Assembly (NCBI GenBank): GCA_964016885.1
Contig: OZ024746.1
Coordinates: 9,982,001-10,046,000, forward strand
DNA: 64,000 bases
Reading direction: 5' to 3'
Source: Eledone cirrhosa
Lineage: Eukaryota
Shown here: piece by piece, positions 57,327-64,000 of the stretch
Numbering within the stretch: position 1 is the stretch's first letter
How the letters are laid out: the number at the start of each line of letters is the position of its first letter
Translations under genes and position numbers: made by a program
Notes under the pieces: model-generated
The model's database searches: none
Told to the model about the DNA's origin: nothing
What the model saw: only the letters and a program-made list of their open reading frames with translations

Positions 57327-57800
57327 ATCAGGTCGTTGGCAACTAAACCAGCAACCCCACCAAGTTTACTTGGTGAGGGGGGTGATTTGGGACACCCTGC
57401 AGGACAAAAAACAAAACCTGACAAAGGGCGGAAAAACTCATAAAAGTCAACGGCCATCCAAAAATGTGTAAATATGTATATACACATGTACATATGTATG
57501 TGTATGTATATGCGAGGGGACATAGAAATAGTCGGGCTGGATACCTGATTGCGCGGTTAAACCACTGGGAGTGAAGGACTCCTAGCCTTGGTCAGGGCAT
57601 TCTTCTAGGAGAAGGTAACTCAGGAAACTGGGTTAACTCCAACATAAAACCTACAGCTCCGTAGTTACCGATGATGTTGATCTTTTCTTTTTTTCGGGTT
57701 ACAGCTACTGTCGCTCAGAGAGTGGGATTGGCTCAGTGCACAGTCTTTCCTCACTTTAAAAAAATCTTCACGCACAGGCATTGCACGATAGAATTAATTG
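57327..57800 (+). mobile_element. GC-richer insert resembling an RTE 5' UTR or non-autonomous RTE derivative
   Basis: ctagccttgg...ctaggagaaggtaactc resembles RTE 5' UTR motifs; embedded in a TA/TG tract. Confidence 0.35.
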
Positions 57801-57872
57801 ATAATTATTAATAATGTTATATCGTGTAATGGCCATACTCGATAACGAGGGGGCAGCCATCATATGTATGTG

Positions 57873-57952
<80 letters not shown>

Positions 57953-58431
57953 TTAAAATGTGTTTAATACATCATACCATTTCAAACATTCAAACATTAA
58001 CTGCATAAGCACTTAATACTGTTGGATAAACTGTAGGAATATATTTTCTATGTAAAAAGTGACAGTGACTTCGAAGTTCCAGCTTAGTTGCTTCAAATTT
58101 CTAAATGTTCACTTAGTGTAACTTTCCGTAGTTGCAGTTTTTATATCTGTAGTCTATGTACTCTGATTTGTTCACACAAAGAGTTACCAGTTAGACCAAT
58201 ATAATTCTCTTTACATCCAACACTATACTATACATCACATTTATTTTTACTTTGCAGTTCATTTCTGTATATATTTTAAAGGATTCCATTTTGGAATTTT
58301 ATCAAGTTTTTAAATAGTTACAAATGTTGCTTTTGCATGTCCAATGTTTTAACAGGAAATTGGGAATTATTTTCTGGTGCAAATGTTATTCTTATGAGAT
58401 TTTTCTAAGGTTCTTTGGTTATATATATATT

Positions 58432-58651
58432 AATTTATTAAAATAACAGATTAAAGTTTAAGCAAAGAATCGCTGCTTTCACCCTTAACGGGATATTCTG
58501 AAGATGCTGTTAAGGGTGAAAGCAGCAATTCTTTGCTTTAACTTTAATCTGTTATTTTAATAAATTTTGCTCTACGGTTTTTATATATTCTTATAAATAT
58601 ATTATCCTTATCGAGCCCTCTTCGGGTGTTAGTCTTCACATTTATTATTAC
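58432..58651 (+). mobile_element. Insert in (TA)n with a 60-bp terminal inverted duplication (putative Penelope-like pLTR remnant)
   Basis: Arms 58432-58491 and 58507-58566 with ~3 mismatches; CTGAAGA...GAAA at 58498-58521; AATAAA; tatccttatcgagcc. Confidence 0.6.
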
Positions 58652-61600
58652 TATATATATATAGTTTAAGTGGTTCAGTAGATTTGTGGTTTACTGGGGA
58701 GGGTACCAAATTCAGCAATATGCTATGGCAGAGTATATATAGCGTTTACATGGATCCTGAGCTACTCAACTGTGAAACGGTCATAATTGTGCATAATCAA
58801 TAAAGCCCTTAATGTAAAACCTCATTTTGTTCTTAATATATATATACATATATGCATACATATATATATGTGTGTGTGTATGTGTGTGTATGTATGTGTG
58901 TGTGTGTGTGTACAATTGATTACCAATGGCAATGTTAGAAATACCATTGTGTGTTTGTAAAAAAATAATAATAGATATTTTATTCTAGTATGAAGATAAT
59001 AAAGTTGCCATCAATAATACTTCATCAGAAAATAGACAGATAGAAAACATTTGTTTGATACATCTTATAAAGCAAATATTTATTGGAAATATAAAATCTA
59101 AACATTTAGATGTCAAAAAATATTAATACCTCTAACATTGAATAAATTAATAAAATATTTTGATCTTGGTTTTGTTTTTGTTTTGTTTTCTTCGTCTTAA
59201 GAAAAATTATATAATTTAAAATAAACCACAGAATATGTACAACATCATCATCATCGTTTAACATCCATATGTATAGATATATATGGTGTGAATATATGTA
59301 TATTTCTATGAGTGTGTGTATAGGGGGGGGGGACATGTATTTATGTACATGTGTGAGGAAGAGCGTGAGTTAGAGAGGATAGGGTAGAGATTATCTGTTT
59401 TAAGCATTAAAATAACCACAGACTTTGGAATCATAAAACTGAAAAATATTAGGCACTAAAAATAAGTCTGCTATTTATTTATTTTCTTATTTTTGTTTGT
59501 TTTTTCTTTACATTTGAAATAATAATAAAGTAATTCTCCAAATTCCAAAAGAATAAAATTGAAGACTTTTCGAAATAAGCTTTAATAGTAATATTTGATT
59601 TATTGGTTCAGCTTAAATGCTTGGATGAACTAAAAATGTCAATTTGAATTTGGATTACAGAAACATGCATGGAAAGAAGGAAAGATTATATACAATTGTA
59701 TATTTATATATATGTATGTATATATAAATATATGTATGTATATATAAATATATGTATGTTTATATAAATATATGTATGTATGTATGTATGTATATATAAA
59801 TATGTGTGTATATATAAATATATATATGTATGTATGTATATCCTGTAATATAAATATATATATGTATGTATGTACATCTCATATATATACATATGTTCTC
59901 TCATTAAGTTGTTCATTCAGTATTTTTCAACAACTATTTATAAAATGAATGACAAGTTTTCTGTTAGTAAATGTCTTGATTATTCCATACAAGAATAAAC
60001 CTATTAAATTAGTTGTTAGATTTATATTTATTATATCAAGTAATATGAATGAAATTTTCAAAATGATTCATAATAATCTACCTTTAATTTTTAGCATATT
60101 ACTAACTTCTTCCATTTAGTATCAAACCATTAGTAACAAATCTTTACCTACACTGGTCTGGACACAACATGCCTGAATTATTAAGAAATTTACCTCACAG
60201 TTATAAGGTTCCATGTTCAATCTCACTGTGTGGTATCTAGGCAAGTATCATTTACCATAACCTCAAGTAGACCCAAACCTTGTCAGTGACAGTGCATTAC
60301 TGGTACCTTATTTTATTGACCCTGTAATGATGAAAGGCAAAGCTATATGAGAGTGTCATCAGTGCATCATAGTTGTAGAATGAAACTGGAAAACTTATAA
60401 TTGTTTGTTTAGTAATACAATATAATTCGGGTGAATAGATGGAAATTCCAATTATTTTTTCCCTCAGACACAAACACCTTATCTGTTTATTCTTCATGTA
60501 TATACTGAAACAAAGATAGTGACAAACAGACAGACTTACAGAGACAAAGAGATTTGCAATTGTGTTATTAATTATTAAATAATTAATCTGTCTTTCAAGA
60601 AAGTTTGTCAGATACCGACAGCATTTTTCTGTGAGTGTAAGAAAAGTTAATAAATGGTATTTTTAGTATTGCACCTTCACATGTGAGAACATATGACAAG
60701 AAATACATCAGACAAGTGAAAGTGTATAAATTCTTACATAAAAATTACCCTGTTAATCGTGAGTAGCCAAGTAGCCATGGGAAATATCAGAAAAGTTAAT
60801 GGAAATGTTCTGGCTGTCTGTAATAAGGGTCAGTAAGTTTGGTATTTTTTTTTTTTTAAACTACTGGCAATAGTAGCCATATTGAATTGTGATATTGATT
60901 CTATAAGAATTAAGTCAGACCCATGCCAATTCTTCCACATTACATTCCAATCACGGTTTGAATTTAATCAGGTGATGGTTCTGAGAGACCTGCAATCATT
61001 TTATATTCATCATCATCAATAACAACAGTAGAAGCTGTAGCAGTTCTCCATTATCAGCTTTATTGCTTTCTTTCAACACTGCAATGGATTAAAATGATCT
61101 GGTATCACCTCTCAGCTGGTATGGATAATTAATTAAATTTTAAGTTAAACTCATTAATTCCTCTTTTTATGTGTCTTCGTTTTCAAATTATCTTTTTCCT
61201 CGGCCCTCATTATGCCCTGTCATCTAGCAAGTATGTAGCGTTATATTATCCAATGTTACCTTCCTTTAGTTAAGACGATAAGAGTATGATTTGAGGAAAT
61301 TTGCTTTCTATTTCTAGTGCATAGAGGCTCATAAAGTAAAGGAGTAAATAAGTGTTAAAACAGTAACAAAATTTATATCTCTGAATTCAAATCTTACCAA
61401 AACATGACAGCCTTTCATTCTTCTATAGTTGCTTAAAACAATAAAACTAAAATATATATTTTGTATATTTGATTCGTTAATCATGCCATTGACACTAATT
61501 AAATTTAAAACTCAAACTTCTCTCTGTTGTCATCAAAACCTCTGGTATATTCAGTCACTGGTCTGCCATTTTTCCCACAAAATCAGGAGAACATCTCACC

Positions 61601-61727
61601 TGATGAAAGAGCCTTGTGAGGTGGAATGGCTGATGCAGCAGGCATCACTGGCTGTACTTCACAGCAATGTTTTTACCAATTTATGTGTAGTTCACAGCTG
61701 AGATACACCAGGCAGCTAGAAGTGACT

Positions 61728-62150
61728 TATAATAATAATAATGAAATTATTGTGTACAGTGCTCAGGTGTACTACAACTCATCAAAGGTGCATGTATATA
61801 GTACATAGAATAATATACAAATGTCAGGGAAGTGAATAGTGTATGAGTCATGATATACATGTGTACGTGTGTATGGAGGGGGAATATCAGGTATAGTGTT
61901 GGCGAATATCAGGAAGTATGGAGGTTTTAAAGGATGCAGTGTCTCGACAGCTAACAACTGATGCAGGGATGCAGTTCCATGCTTCAGCAACTCTGAGCGT
62001 GAAAAAATGTTTCCGAAAGTCATGGGAGCTGTGCTGTTTTCTGACTTTGTTGGCATGCCCACGCGTGTTAGACACATGGAAATCAAAAAGGTACTCAGGG
62101 TTGTTGTTGGCAAGATGGTTAATAATTTTGTGGGTGTTTACCAGACGTCA
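61728..62150 (-). mobile_element. CR1-like LINE 3' end
   Basis: NTRGHANKVRKQHSSHDFRKHFFTLRVAEAWNCIPASVV..TASFK; (ATT)n tail. Confidence 0.8.
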
Positions 62151-62791
62151 GAAAATAAGTCATTTCTAGCTGCCTGGTGTTATTTGTTCTCTCTCATTTT
62201 GTTTATAAATATATACAATTCTTCTTCTTTACCCACTTATTCTTGAGTGGGTCATGGGGGAAGAGGCCTCAAAAGCATCTTCCAGTGGGTACTATCTGAA
62301 GCAACCATCTCCAACTGATCTGGCTGGATTCCCAAGTGAGACCAGCCATGCTCATGGATGTTATCCAACCATTTTGTTCAGGGTCTACAATTGAATATGA
62401 ATAAAGTTTCTTACATAATTTCATTTAACAATAGATTAATAAAAAGCCATAGCATAATATTTTGAATAGAAAATTGGGAATTTTTCAAGATAAATATATA
62501 CTTACCTAAACTGGCTATTATAACAACAGACAATTTTCTTTGCCATCAGGGTCAAAGTAAATTGTGAAAGATCACCCACAACATTATTAAGATTTTGCTT
62601 ATTGGTTTGTTTATGTGTTGCTGTTGTTTTGTTTTATTTTCTATTTACAGCAATGGTGTTTTTAATGGATTTAAATAAATATTATTTCCTTTGTTACATT
62701 TAACAGGAAATTGTGGTTTATATCTCGGTGATTCAACCAGTTTCCAAACTGAAATAACATGGTTAACTGCTTACTTATATACTATTATATG

Positions 62792-62823
<32 letters not shown>

Positions 62824-63398
62824 CGTGAAATGTATTAATTATAAGAATATATGTAGTGTATTAATTATAAGAACACACATACACATATATATATATTGCA
62901 TTAATTGCAAGAATATATGTAAGAGTCTGCCTGTGAGTATGTGTATGTGTAAATTTAGTTGCTAGAGGAATCATAGCAGATGTGTATGGAAGATAAATAT
63001 GTTGCCAGTGATTGAGTGTGTATATGAAGATATGAATGTCAAAATGCTGACATTGCCAGCTTTTTCAAAGCTTTATGTCTCCATTGTCATAGTATCACTT
63101 TAGTAAAGTTTGCAAACCATTTCTTGCTCTATGTTTGCTATTCACTGCTATATAATCAGATTTAAAAAGAAGAAAAAATAAAAGATATGTTCCACTGAAC
63201 TGGTTGCTATGGAGAACATTTGCACTATTCCTATGATCAAAACAATTCAACTTCTTTGACCTGGGTATTTTTTCACATTGTTGATAAATCTTCTGATTAT
63301 TTTATTTGGATGTTTTATTCAATAAATGTATTATATACAATTACTCCATCATAATCTGTTTCTGAAATTTATATCCTAGGTTATTTGATGTATTTTAT

Positions 63399-63474
<76 letters not shown>

Positions 63475-63481
63475 GTATATA

Positions 63482-63559
<78 letters not shown>

Positions 63560-64000
63560 TATATAATATATGTCCAACAGTTGCTAGAATGTATATGTGT
63601 ATGAATATATATTTGTATATTCTATAATGTGTTGTGTTTGTGTGTGCTTTTTAACAACACACAATAATTATATGTATGTGAATATGTCAACAAAAGACTC
63701 CTAGAGAAAAATGGATTTGATTTTCGAAATCTGCGTCTCGAGAAGGTTTTGGGGCACATGAAGATTCTTAATTCTGAAAAGAATAAAATAAAATAAAAAA
63801 TAGAAAATAGTCATACTATATCAATCACTGTTACTGTGACAATTTAAGTAGTCTGGCTTTTTATTGATTATCTCACACATTCCTTCAACATGACCTTATT
63901 ATTCCATCCCATCCATGCTATAAGGAAGGGGGCTTTGTTTTCACTGTGAGGCAGAGAGTTGTTCTCGCAGAGGTCACTCAATGTTTACATGTCGGTTCTC

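Noticed and set aside
58498-58535. Sense-strand CTGAAGA...GAAA as an active hammerhead
   Set aside because: No UH site with closing stems I and III could be formed; at most degenerate.
53714-64000. Next Cav3 exon (start of domain III)
   Set aside because: No matching sequence was seen; it is presumably beyond the window.

Overview
AT-rich, microsatellite-dense animal genomic DNA. The repeat content suggests an octopus or other coleoid cephalopod (inference). The window lies inside a + strand T-type voltage-gated calcium channel gene (Cav3; CACNA1G/H/I family). Three phase-compatible exons (3127-3416, 4244-4482, 53338-53713) encode the cytoplasmic II-III linker, recognised by PPIITHTAATPM and ECNG, and are split by an 827-bp and a 48,855-bp intron. 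Candidate frame-preserving cassette exons lie in the large intron; the best is a 24-nt microexon at 21510-21533. Nearly all other ORFs in the track are microsatellite translations or retroelement/transposon remnants: RTE LINEs, R4/Dong-like, CR1-like, Chapaev3-like, piggyBac/hAT MITEs and tRNA-derived SINEs. The most striking unexplained structure is a set of short inserts inside (TA)n tracts. They carry three complete minimal type-I hammerhead ribozyme folds (all antisense to Cav3), long terminal palindromes and a shared TACCC..TTGAGTGC-like motif, which is consistent with Penelope-like pseudo-LTR or retrozyme remnants. All calls were made by eye; repeat boundaries are approximate.
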